Origin: Acidobacteriota bacterium
GTDB lineage: Bacteria; Acidobacteriota; UBA890; WLXD01
Direction: 5' to 3'
Assembly (NCBI GenBank): GCA_963666215.2
Contig: CAXWPL010000001.1
Location: 448,001 to 512,000, forward strand
Length of the DNA stretch: 64,000 bases
The notes under the pieces were generated by a model. That model searched no databases. It had not been told where the DNA came from and saw nothing but the letters and a program-made list of their open reading frames with translations. The translations under genes and the position numbers were made by a program. This document shows, in pieces, positions 30,151-41,599 of the stretch (the stretch's first letter is position 1; each line of letters opens with the position of its first letter).

Positions 30151-30302
30151 CGGTCGCGAGGATTCCCGCGGCTACAGCAGCACTTTGGCCAAATCGGACA
30201 GACAAACGTCGGCCTCGAGCCGCACGGGCTAGGGCACACGACAGGGCACGCATCGACTCGACGCCTGGGTCGCTTCCACCGGCTCAGCTGAGAGGCGGCA
30301 GG

Positions 30303-33001
30303 TTACCGCTGCTCGGGGTCGTCGAGCGTGATCAGCCACAGGCCCGAGCTGACGATGCTGCGGGTGTAGAGCAACCATTTTCCGTCGGGGCTGACGGCGG
30401 GTTCGTCGATGTAGAGGCCCGACTCCGGGAAGAACGTCACCTGGGTGAGCTCGCCGCCCTCGCGCGGTACGCGGTAGATGTTCTTGTGGTCGGGCTGAAC
30501 GTAGATCCACCGGCCCGACGGATCGTAGGACGGGTGCAGGATGCGGCCGGGTCCGAAGGTGAGTTGCTCTTCCGTCCGGTCGCCACCTCGGCTTGCCACA
30601 CCTGGAAGCCGCCGTCGGCGCTCGAGCCGTACGCCAGCCAGCGGCCGTCGGGCGACCACTCGAGATCGAATCGATCCCCGGGACCGTTGGTGAGCTGACG
30701 ACGCTCGCCGGTCTCGACATCGGCAACGAAGAGCTGTTGGCTGCCGTCGTCGATGATGTCAGGGAAAGCAAGCCAGCGACCGTCGGGGGAGTACTTGGGG
30801 GCGTCGATATTGATCGAATTGCTCAGGTCCAGGAGCTTGCGGGCGTCGCTGCCATCGGATGCCACGTCCCAGACCGTGATCGTATCGTCGATATACCGGA
30901 GTACCGTGAGCCGCTGCCCGTCGGGATGCCACGCGGGCGAGCGATTTTGGCTTCCGGGGATCTGCAGGGTGGTGTGGGTCATGGTCTCGAGGTCGAAGAT
31001 CGCGATGGTGTCGACACTGCCGAAGGTGCTCTCGTAGGCAATGTAGCGACCATCCGCCGAGTACTCGGGCAACCGGTCCATGACCTGCCCGCTGGTGAGC
31101 GCTTGCTCTGTGCTCCTGAGCGCTCCACGCTCCGGATCGAGGGCGATGCGTCGCAGATTCGCGGATGTCTGCAACTGCAGCGCCATCAGCTGGCCGCCCA
31201 CCGGTGAGGTGACCCGATCCCCGAACACACCGGTGAGGAAACCGAAGCGCCGATCGGACTCCGGCCGCACCGTGCCTTCGTTGAAGTCCACGACGCGCAG
31301 TTCGATCGCGCCGAGGGGGTCGGGTCGCAGGTAGTAAATCGAGTGCCCGTCGACGCTCCACGAATGGCTCGACGCGGCGATCAGCTCCTGAACCGCCCCT
31401 CCCGCAGAAGGCATCACGCGCAGGCGGTTGTCGTGCGTCTCGAGGGTCAGCCAGCGCCCGTCGGGGGAGTGCTTCACGCGCACGATCTCTCCCGGCGAGT
31501 CGGCGGACGCGAGCAGCAGCTCGGGCTCACCCTGCTGCACCGGCACGCGCCAGACCTCGCGCCGCAGTTCGGCGCCGCTGATGTAGGCGATGGACTCGCC
31601 GTCCGGGTGCCAGTCGGGGTAGTTGCCGTTCTCCGCCAGCCGCCGGGCCTGCCCGCCGAGCGACGAGGTGACCCACACGTCGCCGCCGTAGGTGCGGTAG
31701 TCGTAGCTCAGGTTGTCGGAAATGCTCGACAGCCCCCGCGTGCTCGCGCGGGTCGATACGAACGCCACGCGGTTGCCGTCGGGTGACACGGCCGGCTGCA
31801 CGTCGTCGGCCGGGTTCTGGGTGACGTTGATGCTCTCGGTGCCCTCGGCGCGACGGTTGTAAATGTCGAAGTTACCGTTCTCGTTCGAGGAGTACGCGAA
31901 GAACGATCCGTCGGGCGCCATCGAGGGATCGGCGATGATCGAATTGCTCTGCGAGAGTCGTTCGAGCCAGTCAACGCGCAGGTCCGTTGCTGGCGGCGTT
32001 GAACCGCCGCCACTGAATTGCACGGCGAGCGCGAGGACGGCCGTCGCGGCCACGGCCCAGGGAACGAGGCGCAACCAGGTGCGGCTGGGGGCGGTTTCGC
32101 GCGGGGGCGTGGGGGGCGCCGGCAGGTCGGGGCGGTGCAGTTGCTGCGTTGCCTCCTGCAACTCGAGCGCTGCGTCACCGGCGTCGCGCTGGCGTTGCTC
32201 CGGTTCCTTGTTCAGGCACCGGCGCAGCAGCCGGACCGCGCTCGCCGGTAGCTCCGCGGGCAGCCGCTCCCAGTCGGGCTCCTGGCGCAGGATCGAGGCC
32301 ACGATGTCGGAAGCGGTGTCGCCTTCGAACGCCTGGGCGCCGGTCAGCAACTCGTAGAGCACGCAGCCGAGCGCCCACAGGTCGGTGCGCCGATCGACCT
32401 CGCGGCCGCGGGCCTGCTCGGGGCTCATGTACGCGGCCGTACCGAGGATCATGCCGGCCTGGGTGGCGGCGAATGCCGTGGGCGACGCGGTGAGGTCGGG
32501 TGAGGTTGAGCGCGTGGATCCGGTTCCCACGGTGGCCTTGGCCAGCCCGAAATCGAGGATCTTCACGCTGCCGTCGGCGGCCACCATGACGTTGGCCGGC
32601 TTGAGGTCGCGGTGGACGATGCCGCGATCGTGCGCGGCGGCCAGTCCGGCAGCGATCTGCCGGCCGATGGGTAGCGCCTCGTCGACGGGCAGCGCGCCGC
32701 CGGCGACCCGCGCGGCGAGCGTTTCGCCCTCGGCCAGCTGCATGACCAGGAAACGGGTGTCGTCGACCTGCTCGAGGCCGTGGACCGCCGCGACGTTCGG
32801 ATGTTCGAGCGCGGCCAGAAGCCGCGCCTCGCGCTCGAGCCGGGCAAGCCGCTCCGGGTCAGACGCCAGCTCGGGGGGCAGCACCTTGATCGCGACCTGG
32901 CGCTTGAGCCGCAGATCCTCGGCCCGGTAGACCTCTCCCATGCCGCCGGCGCCGAGCTGGCCGAGAATCTCGTAATGGTGCAGCCGCGTACCGGTTTGCA
33001 T
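30303..33001 (-). pseudogene. Ser/Thr kinase with TolB/PD40 propeller, frameshifted at about 30575
   Basis: Full set of kinase motifs; the propeller continues in ORF 30303-30659 (TFGPG..SPDGKWLLY). Confidence 0.9.
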
Positions 33002-33584
33002 GGGGTCTTCTTCCTGCGCGTGGAGGTGCCCGAGGGGATACTGGGAATACTGTCAAATTAGGTTCGCTGCCGCGAGCTCAGCGCAATCCGCTTAGCGTCG
33101 AGCCGGTCTTTCTCAAGCCGCTGCGACCTCGATCCAAGTTGCGAAAGCGCACCCTCGAAGCGTCCGGTAGTTCGCCGCCAGTGAGAGGACCTGCGACCGA
33201 CTTGCAGCTTCTTCAAGACCCCCGGCGATGCGGACGCTCAAGCCCGGCCACGACTTCGAGACCTTGTCGCTGAACTGGAGCGCCTGGTCGGGGTCGAGGT
33301 CGTAAAGCGCGGTCTCCGATATCTCCGGATAGCAGGAAAACCGTGGCCTCCGACGGAACGGCAGCCTACTTCACGTCGTCCGTTGACCGGCAACGAGAGG
33401 TATGGAGCGCGTCGCCGGTCGATTCCGGAGCTGCCAGGCCGCTTACGACTAACCCCAGTCCCGCATCCCGCTGTGGCCGCATCATTACGCCCTCTCGCCC
33501 GGTGACCGTTGGCTGGCCGCGCCGCTCAGAGATCGCGCCAAGCTCGCGCGCCGTGGGGTCTTCTACGTCCGGTTCATGGACGAC

Positions 33585-34013
33585 CTAGCCCTCCACTCCG
33601 TACCTGAGCTGGCGCTCGTACTCAGCCTCGTCGAAATGGCCCTTTGACTTGACGACAAGACCGTCCTCGTCGATCTTCCACTCTTCATAGCCACTGATTC
33701 GGACCCGCGTGCCTGTTCCATCGGGGCCCGTGTTCGTGCCGGTCAGGGTCCAGTGAAACTCAACGCCGTGAGACCCCTGGGACAGTTTGTCCATGGTCAC
33801 GACCATGTCCGGGAAGTCGGTCATGAACCCCCTGGCGACCTCCGTGATAGCTGCTCGGCCTACGGCAGCGGGGTTGTTGTTGACCTCGAGCGAACCGCCT
33901 TCGGCGAAGAACGAGGCGACACTCTCGGGATTCTGGCTACACCACGCGTTGGCGTAGCGGGCAGCAAAGTCATCGAGGTCAGATGGCATGGGCGGCGTCT
34001 CCTCGTTCGTCAT
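33585..34013 (-). CDS. SnoaL/NTF2-like protein
   Basis: FAARYANAWCSQ..WTLTGTNTGP.GTG..ISGYEEW. Confidence 0.85.
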   Translation of the reverse strand: MTNEETPPMPSDLDDFAARYANAWCSQNPESVASFFAEGGSLEVNNNPAAVGRAAITEVARGFMTDFPDMVVTMDKLSQGSHGVEFHWTLTGTNTGPDGTGTRVRISGYEEWKIDEDGLVVKSKGHFDEAEYERQLRYGVEG

Positions 34014-34016
34014 GGT

Positions 34017-34475
34017 TCATGGTGTGGCCGGGAAGGCCTTGTCGAGATGCTCCAGCGCAATGGGCCATGCCTCTTCGTGACCCGATCTCGACTCGTCGTC
34101 CAGGAACCCGGCATGCGTGAGCCGTAATTGGGTTCCCTCTCCACTCGGAATGATCTCGACCGTGACAACGGTTTCAGCACCCTTGGTTCCGGCCGCAGTA
34201 ACCCACGTCATCTCTACGAGGCGATCGGGCTCCAGCCTGAGGAACCTACCGTAGTGTGGGTGATGCTGGCCATCATATTGGGTCTCGAAGAAGAAAGGCG
34301 CGTTGACCTCAGGCTTCATCAACACCGTAGTTGATGCCGCGAACCAGCGATCGATCTGGTGGGTCGTCCAGGCCGCGAAGAGCACCCGCGGCGATGCGGC
34401 CATCAACCTCTCGCAGATGGTTCGAAAAGGCCTAGATGAGAGATCGGGTTGAGTCACTGGCGGTGTCTCGGGCAT
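34017..34475 (-). CDS. SRPBCC/AHSA1-like protein
   Basis: [39 protein letters not shown]; RBS AGGAGG. Confidence 0.9.
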   Translation of the reverse strand: MPETPPVTQPDLSSRPFRTICERLMAASPRVLFAAWTTHQIDRWFAASTTVLMKPEVNAPFFFETQYDGQHHPHYGRFLRLEPDRLVEMTWVTAAGTKGAETVVTVEIIPSGEGTQLRLTHAGFLDDESRSGHEEAWPIALEHLDKAFPATP

Positions 34476-34598
34476 GGCTCCTCCTGAGGCCAACAAACGT
34501 TGTGGCCGGTTTACTCCATCCAGAAACCCCTGCGATATGTGAACTCATCGGCAGGCAAGAGTCGAGCAAGCTGCGAGGTTGCCGGTAACCACCTCGCA

Positions 34599-35208
34599 TC
34601 ACTCCCAGAGCCGGTTCTGCTCGAGCACCTCGAGAAACTTGGCCAGCGGCCAGACGTCGATGCCGCTTTCGGTACGCAGAGAGCGATCGCCGTTGTAGAC
34701 GACCAGGCGCCGGCGCACACCGTCGAGATCAGCAAGGGCGTCGAGTCCGGCGAAGGCGGAACGGCTCAGTCGCGTGGCCGATTTGGTCTCGATGGCGAGG
34801 AGCTCTCGTCCACGACGTAGTACGAAGTCGACCTCGAGCGATGGCGACTGGGCCGGCGACCAGTAGGCGATGCTCTCGTAGAGATCGCGCTCTTCGGCGT
34901 AGGCGCGCAGCAGCGAGAAAATCCAGCCCTCGAAGAGCGCGCCGCGTTCCTCTATGGCCACGTCACCCAGCTGGCGCTTTACCGCGCGGGCAAGCCCGGG
35001 GTCGACCCAGTAGAGCTTGGGGTGCTTGCGCTCGCGCGCGCGAAGGCGAGCTTCGTACGCGGGCAGCCGCACTGCCAGCAGGGTGTCTTCGAGAATCTCG
35101 AGGTAGCCATTGATTGTGGTCCGCGCCACCGCTGCGTCGCGCGCCAGGCCAGAAACGTTGATCACCTGACCGTGAAAGAGACCGGCAATGGGCATGAAAC
35201 GCAAAAAC
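34599..35208 (-). pseudogene. AAA_14/DUF4143 ATPase, 5' half removed at the IS21 left end
   Basis: GQVINVSGLARD..YLEILEDTLL..KLYWVDPG..GALFE..EVDF..IETKS. Confidence 0.85.
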
Positions 35209-35309
35209 TGCGTATTTCGGCCCATGGTGATCACCGTGAGGGGGCCGCAGGCGCCCCATCGGTAGCAAAGGGACACGATGGATCCTCAACCCGAACGGGA
35301 GGATCCTGG

Positions 35310-36873
35310 ATGGCAACACCGAGGCTACTGATGCGACGTTTTCAACAAGTACTCCGCCTCAAGCACGAGGCTCACCTGAGCAACCGGGCCATCGCACGCG
35401 CTTGCTCGGTCGGGGTGGGCACGGTCAGCAACTACTTGGTCCGCGCCAAGACGGCAGGGTTGAGCTGGCCGCTGCCGGTCGGGATGGATGAGACGACGCT
35501 GGAGGCGAAGCTGTTCCCGCCGGCGCCGCCGTCGGGGACGCCACGACCGGCGCCGGAGTGCGCCTGGATGCACCAGGAGCTGCGGCGGCCAGGGGTGACG
35601 CTGCAGCTGCTGTGGCAGGAGTATCTCGAGAACCACCCAGACGGCCTGCGCTACACGCAGTTCTGCGCCCGGTACCGGCACTGGCGGAGCAAGCTGCGGC
35701 CCGCGATGCGGCAGGTACATCGGGCCGGCGAGAAGGCGTTCGTAGACTTCTCCGGGAAGCGGCCGAGCATCGTGGATCGGAGCACCGGGCAGGTCGACGA
35801 GGTCGAACTGTTCATCGGAGTGCTCGGCGCCAGCTCGTACACCTACGCTGAGGCCACCGCGAGCCAGCAGCTGGAGTGCTGGATCGGCGCCCACGAGGGG
35901 ATGGTGCAGTACTTCGGCGGCAGCAGCGAGATCTGGGTATGCGACAACCTCAAGAGCGGCGTGGTGAATGCCTGTCGTTACGAACCGAGCGTCAACCGCA
36001 CCTACGGCGACTTGGCAGAGCACTACGGCGCCGTGGTCATCCCGGCGCGTCCATATCCGGCCCAAAGACAAGGCCAAGGTCGAGGCGGCCGTGTTGTTGG
36101 CGCAGCGGTGGATCCTGGCGGTGCTGCGCAACCAGACGTTCTTCTCGCTTCAAGCTCTCAACGAGCGCATCCGCGAGCTGCTGGGTGTTCTCAACGACCG
36201 GCCGATGCAGAAGCTTGGCGTCAGCCGACGCGAGCTGTTCGAGCGGCTCGACAAACCAGCGCTCAAGCCGTTGCCCGCCACGGGATACGAGATCACCTCG
36301 TTCAAGAGATGCCGAGTCAACATCGACTACCACGTGGCTCTCGAGCACAACTACTACTCGGTGCCGCATCAGCTCGTGCACGAGCTCGTGGAGGCCCGCT
36401 ACAGCCACCGTGCCGTGGAGATCCTGTACAAGGGTAGCCGCGTCGCCTCCCACCCCAAGCTCCAGGGCCAGGGCCAGGGCGCCTACAGCACTCGCCCAGA
36501 ACATATGCCCGCAGCCCATCGGGCTCACTCCGAGTGGAGTCCGTCGCGCCTGATCCGCTGGGGCGACAAGATCGGCCCGGCGACCGGGCATGTCGTTGCC
36601 GAGTTGCTGCGTGCGCTGCCGCATCCGGAGCAGGGTTACCGCTCTTGTCTGGGCCTGCTGCGGTTATCGAAGCGTTACGGGGCCGATCGTCTCGAGGCCG
36701 CCTGCTGCCGGGCCGAGCATCTCGGCTCGTGCCGTTACCGAACCGTCAAGAACATCCTCAACTCGGGGATGGACCGGCTGCCGCTCCAGACCGGGCAACC
36801 TCCCGTCGGCGCCGTTCCCGCGCACGAGAACATCCGCGGCGCCGGCTACTACGGCAAGGAGAGCACATGCTGA
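35310..36873 (+). pseudogene. istA: IS21 transposase IstA, frameshifted at about 36055
   Basis: GVTLQLLWQEY, GEKAFVDFSG, VCDNLKSGV, P.DKAKVE, YYSVP, HENIRG..YY. Confidence 0.9.
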
Positions 36874-37625
36874 ACCAACCCACGTTCGAGAAGATGCACG
36901 CCATGAAGATGACCGGCATGGCCGATGCACTGCAGCAGCAGCTGGACTCCGGCTCGTTCACCAAGCTCAGCTTCGAGGAGAGGCTCGGCATGTTGTTGGA
37001 TGCCGAGTACGCCGAGCGTGAACAGCGCAAGCTGACGCGCCGCCTGCAGCGCGCCAAGTTACGCCAGTCCGGCGCCTGCATCGAGGATGTCGACTTCAAG
37101 ACCCGACGCTCGCTCAACCGGCAGGCCTTCATGGCCCTGGCCCGGTGCGACTGGATCGGCGACGCCCTCAACGTCGTGATCACCGGAGCCACCGGCACCG
37201 GCAAGACCTACTTGGCCTGCGCGCTGGCCAACAAGGCCTGCCGCGCCGGCTTCACCGCCTACTACGTTCGCGGCTCTCAGCTCCCTCAGCAGATGGCCAT
37301 CGCCCGTGGCGACGGCTCCTACCCCCGACTGCTCCGCCGCATCACCCGCACCAACTTGCTGATCATCGACGACTGGCTACTGACGCCACTCACCAACCCG
37401 GAGCGACACGAGATCCTCGAGGTCATCGAGGATCGCCACGAACGGGCCTCCACGCTGATCGCCTCCCAGCTACCGATCAGTGCCTGGCATGACGCTCTCG
37501 GTGAGCCAACCCTTGCCGACTCCATCTGCGACAGGCTCATCCATGCCGCCCACAAGATGCAGCTCAAGGGTCGCTCGATGCGCGAGATCCGCGCCGCTGC
37601 GCGGAAGGCGGAGACCAACGCTTGA
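36867..37625 (+). CDS. istB: IS21 helper ATPase IstB
   Basis: Walker [29 protein letters not shown]. Confidence 0.95.
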   Translation: MLNQPTFEKMHAMKMTGMADALQQQLDSGSFTKLSFEERLGMLLDAEYAEREQRKLTRRLQRAKLRQSGACIEDVDFKTRRSLNRQAFMALARCDWIGDALNVVITGATGTGKTYLACALANKACRAGFTAYYVRGSQLPQQMAIARGDGSYPRLLRRITRTNLLIIDDWLLTPLTNPERHEILEVIEDRHERASTLIASQLPISAWHDALGEPTLADSICDRLIHAAHKMQLKGRSMREIRAAARKAETNA

Positions 37626-37900
37626 GCCTAGTTGAAGCATCCGCAACGCGCCCCCTCCCGCCACCGCGGGCTTGTGGATCCTGCCGGGACCGTGGAAAAC
37701 GCTTCGCGTTTACCACCGCCCCTTGGACGGCGCATCACGCCGCCGCACAGGCTCCACAGCCCCTACGACTACGATCTGGACCACTCCCAATCCACTAGGA
37801 GATAACCTATCCGTCGCTTCGCTCCGATGGCGTGATCACGATCAACCGTAATCAGTGATCACGTTCCCGTAATGACCGATCACGATCACCGAAATACTCA

Positions 37901-38963
37901 GTTGGCCCGCGCAGATCGTCGTTTGCCTGATTTGCGCCACGTCACGTTGTCGGGGGAGTCCCTGTCGCGCCTGGATGTCGAGGCGTTCGAGCGGGTCAGT
38001 GGTCCAGACGCCGTCTTAGCCAATTGCTACGCGTCCAATGAGATGCCGTGGATCACAACGCATCTACACCACCACGGTGACATCATTGACGGGTTCTGGC
38101 TTCCCATCGGAACTCCCGAAGATCCGCACATTGTGGAAGTGGTTGACCACATGGGTGCGGAAGTACCCATTGGAAGCTCCGTCGAGATGGTGGTTTGCTC
38201 TCCCCATATACCGGCGGGATATATCAACTCCCCCGAAAAATCTGCCGCCGTATTTCGTAAGAGGGCGGACGGTACAAGCAGCTACCACACGGGGGATTTT
38301 GCATACCGCGATGTACAGGGAAGACTTCATTCTGTTGGACGCGCCGACGAGCAAGTCAAGGTCCGCGGTTTTGCGCTGAGGCTAGCGGATGTCGAACAGG
38401 AGCTCCTCGCGCACCCACAAGTCGGCGAAGCTGCCGTGGTCGACTTCGTATCTCCGCGCGAGATCCGCAAGCTGGCCTGCCACTACACGGGTGGTGTTGA
38501 AGCCGGGAGTTTGAAGAGATTTCTGCGCCAGAGCCTACCTGCCCACATGGTCCCAGATGTCTTCGTTCGCCATGAAGCGCTGCCTAAGACTGGAACGGGG
38601 AAGATACAAAAAAGCGAGCTCCAGCTTCCCGTTGACTACCTGCGGAGCGCCGATGCGGACTTCGTGTCAGACGATGAACGATCGGTAGCGGCGAGATGGA
38701 GGCGAATCCTCGGTCACGGGAATTTCGGGAGCGAGGACGATTTTTTCGAGGTGGGAGGTGACTCGCTGCAGGCCATGGATCTTCTGCTGGAAATCGAAAA
38801 GAAGTTCGGCTGCCGGATCCCCTTCGAAACTGTGATCCTCGAAGGCACCACTGTGAGGAGCATGGCGGAGTCGATCCGTCGGCCAATTGCGCACGATACG
38901 TGTTCGCTCGCGAGAAGAATCGGTTCCTGGTTGAGCAAGACGAGCCGCGACAACGACACTTGA
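37901..38963 (+). pseudogene. NRPS-like fragment (C-terminal adenylation domain plus carrier domain), 5' truncated by IS21
   Basis: LSGE, YASNE, YHTGD, GRADEQVKVRG, LPKTGTGK, DDFFEVGGDSL. Confidence 0.85.
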
Positions 38964-39022
38964 CCGCACAAGCGAGGTCTGAGCCGCCGGCTCGAAATCT
39001 CGACATCGCGACCGGCAAGACC

Positions 39023-39820
39023 TCACGCGTTGGCGTTCAGGCAGGCGAGCAGGACTCGGGCGAGGTCGGGCGCGTACGCGGCGTCGAGCAGCATGTCGTG
39101 ATGGTCGCCCGGCACTTCATGCGATTCGACGTTTCCGGTGACGAACTGACCGCAGCCCAGCGTCGGGTCGAGATTCGAGGCCTCGCTGCGGGTTCGGAGA
39201 ACGACGACCCGGCCCGTGTACTGACGGGGATTGAATTGGCGGATCGCGCTGTCGCAGGTGGACAAGTAGTGGAACCTGCGGAGTCGGCGCGGCACACGGC
39301 CGCGAACGCGCAGCGCCGTCTCGACGATGACTCGTTTCGTTAGCCAACGCGCACGAGCCGTTACGTGGCGCGGTGGATGCCACCATGCGGCCCTGGGGTT
39401 TCGGTTCGGGCCGTTGCTCAGATCGCGCGGCAGGGTCGGGTCGAGAAGGATGAGCACTTCGACGTTTTCACCGGCATCCACGAGTTGGTGAGCCATCTCG
39501 AAGGCGGCGACACCCCCGGCGGAGTATCCGCCCAGCCGATAGGGGCCGTGCGGTTGCACCGCGCGAACCTCCTCGAGGTACCGGCGCGCCATTTCTTCGA
39601 GGGTCCTGGGTGCAGGCACGCCGCCCATACCGTGCGGTCGCAGGCCGTACAACGGCTGGTCTTTTCCGATGTGGCGCGCAATGTAGCGAAGCGTGCCATG
39701 GGCGCAGAAAAGGGGGGTGCACTTCCCCACGGGCTGCACCGGAAGCAAGTAGCGCCAGGGTTGTTGCGCGGGGACCGGCTGTGTCGTCGGAGTGGATTCG
39801 GCTCGCCGCGAAGTTTCCAT
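39023..39820 (-). CDS. NRPS/PKS-type thioesterase domain (stand-alone or orphaned C-terminus)
   Basis: PLFCAHG, QPHGPYRLGGYSAGG, VPGDHHDM. Confidence 0.8.
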   Translation of the reverse strand: METSRRAESTPTTQPVPAQQPWRYLLPVQPVGKCTPLFCAHGTLRYIARHIGKDQPLYGLRPHGMGGVPAPRTLEEMARRYLEEVRAVQPHGPYRLGGYSAGGVAAFEMAHQLVDAGENVEVLILLDPTLPRDLSNGPNRNPRAAWWHPPRHVTARARWLTKRVIVETALRVRGRVPRRLRRFHYLSTCDSAIRQFNPRQYTGRVVVLRTRSEASNLDPTLGCGQFVTGNVESHEVPGDHHDMLLDAAYAPDLARVLLACLNANA

Positions 39821-40046
39821 GGGCTTGGCTCGGTCAGAACCGGAAGTTGGCGTCGCGTCGCAGGCGCCACGTGGTCGGCGATCGGCGATGTCGCTGGCGG
39901 GGTGTTGAGCACGGAAGGTCCTAGGCGGAAGGTACCTCGCTCGACGCGCCGACGACGAAGAGAAACCTTAGTTCGCCTTCCGGTCGACAGTAGCGCCCAG
40001 GCCTCCTTCGCACTCCACCACGGCTTCTCAGCGCGGCTTCGGCTAC

Positions 40047-41477
40047 TCAATCGGCTGCTCTCGAGCCTCGCAACCGTGTGCTCATTCCCTCGATCTCGGC
40101 CCGCATGAACAGCCTCTCCAGCCAGCTCTCCGGAATCCCCGACCTCCCATAGAAGGCCCCGGCGATCTGGCCGTACACCGCGGCCGTCGTGTCGGCGTCA
40201 TTGCCGAGGTTGACCGCCTTCAGGCACCCCTCCTCGAAGCTGGCTGTGCGATGGAACGCCCAGAGCGCCGCCTCGAGTGATTCCACGACGTAGCCCGTGC
40301 CCCGGATCTCCGGCGGCTCCTTCCTTATATAGGAGCCTTGGGAAATGGCGGCGATTCCAGGTGCGAGGGGCGCGAGCGGCTCCGTGTCCCACGATCCCAG
40401 CGGACTGAAGCCAGGCGCCAGGATCTCCTCCTTGTCACGGCCTTCGAGCGCGCCGATCAGGATGGCCGCCAGCAGCCGGCATCCATCGACCGCCTCCACG
40501 GCCGCGTGCGTGGTGCGCGAGCTCTCGGCCGCCTTCTCGATGGCGACGGCCGGGTTGGCCGCGTAGAAGAGAACAACCGGCGCCAGCCGCATAATCGAGC
40601 CGTTACCCGCGGTGTGAGGATCGGTGGAGCCGCTGTAGGGATCTCCCGTTCTCATAAACTGAGTCAGCGAGGTGCCAATGGTGTTGCCGATGTCGAAGCA
40701 ACGGCCCGTGCTGCTCATGTAGCCGTCGTGCCGCCAGCGCACGAACCGCCCCATCACGTCGTCGACGTCGAGCTCGCCGCAGCTCAGCAGGCTCTGCGCC
40801 AGGCACAGCGCCATCGACGTGTCGTCGGTCCACTGACCCGGCTCCAGCTTGAATGGCCCGCCGCCAACCATGTCGGTCACCGGCTCGAACGTGCCCGGCC
40901 TCTCGAACTCGACAGTCGTTCCCACCGCGTCGCCCACCGCAAGGCCGAGGAGGCAGCCTTGGTAGCGGTCGATCTTATCGAGGGCCGTGGCGGCGACAGC
41001 GCTCAGTGATGAGCGGTTCGCGAATAGCGGATCATCGCCCAAGTCGCCGAGATCGAGCTGGGCAATGCGGCGCAGGTCCGAGATGGCCCGAGCCTCGCGA
41101 AACTCCCCCAGTTGCCACACAACGACCTCGGTCAAGCTCCTGCCGAGCGGGTATTCATCAACCGCAACAGCCGCTGTTGTGCGCAGCAACTCGATCAGAT
41201 GCAGCCGGATCTCTTCAGAATCCGGCGACGGCTGCCAGATCTCACGCTTGCCCATGGAGTCCCCGGTGTACACGGGGCCAATCGGAATGGGGGCACGCTC
41301 AGGCTGCCGGTGCGGATGGTTGCCGCAGTAGGTATAGAAAGGATTGTCGTCGACAGAGAGCTCACGGATGACACAATACGCCGGCTCCGGATCCTCCGAG
41401 TGCCCATAGCCCGCCTCGCCCTTGTTCTTGGCATTGAACCAGCAGGTTCCGCAGCAGTCTGATCCACCGTTGGGCAT
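40047..41477 (-). CDS. ADP-ribosylglycohydrolase (DraG/ARH family) with a Cys-rich N-terminal domain
   Basis: GLAVGDA.G, WTDDTSM, FDIGNT, AGNGSIMR, TTH, GNDADTT; N-terminus CCGTCWFN..C..YCGNH. Confidence 0.9.
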   Translation of the reverse strand: MPNGGSDCCGTCWFNAKNKGEAGYGHSEDPEPAYCVIRELSVDDNPFYTYCGNHPHRQPERAPIPIGPVYTGDSMGKREIWQPSPDSEEIRLHLIELLRTTAAVAVDEYPLGRSLTEVVVWQLGEFREARAISDLRRIAQLDLGDLGDDPLFANRSSLSAVAATALDKIDRYQGCLLGLAVGDAVGTTVEFERPGTFEPVTDMVGGGPFKLEPGQWTDDTSMALCLAQSLLSCGELDVDDVMGRFVRWRHDGYMSSTGRCFDIGNTIGTSLTQFMRTGDPYSGSTDPHTAGNGSIMRLAPVVLFYAANPAVAIEKAAESSRTTHAAVEAVDGCRLLAAILIGALEGRDKEEILAPGFSPLGSWDTEPLAPLAPGIAAISQGSYIRKEPPEIRGTGYVVESLEAALWAFHRTASFEEGCLKAVNLGNDADTTAAVYGQIAGAFYGRSGIPESWLERLFMRAEIEGMSTRLRGSRAAD

Positions 41478-41599
41478 GGAGCTCGCCAAGTTCTAGAGGA
41501 GGTTATGTACTGAGTCGATCTCGGATCGTAGCTATGGTGCCGCAACTCAACGGACCACCTCGATTTTGCGAAGCGCCTCCACTTCCTGCAACAGCTCGA

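Larger units (their letters stand above)
35209..37900 (+). mobile_element. IS21-family insertion sequence
   Basis: TG...CA ends: TGCGTATTTCGG (35209) and reverse complement TGAGTATTTCGG (37900); multiple GATCAC subterminal repeats; istA-istB; no TSD. Confidence 0.9.

Noticed and set aside
20341-33658. Diversity-generating retroelement (copies of gene 3' ends plus an RT-like shard)
   Set aside because: Mismatches between the copies are not adenine-specific on either strand and several are synonymous; no intact RT or Avd gene.
37901-39820. Functional NRPS biosynthetic cluster
   Set aside because: The A domain is truncated, there is no condensation domain, and the TE is on the opposite strand.
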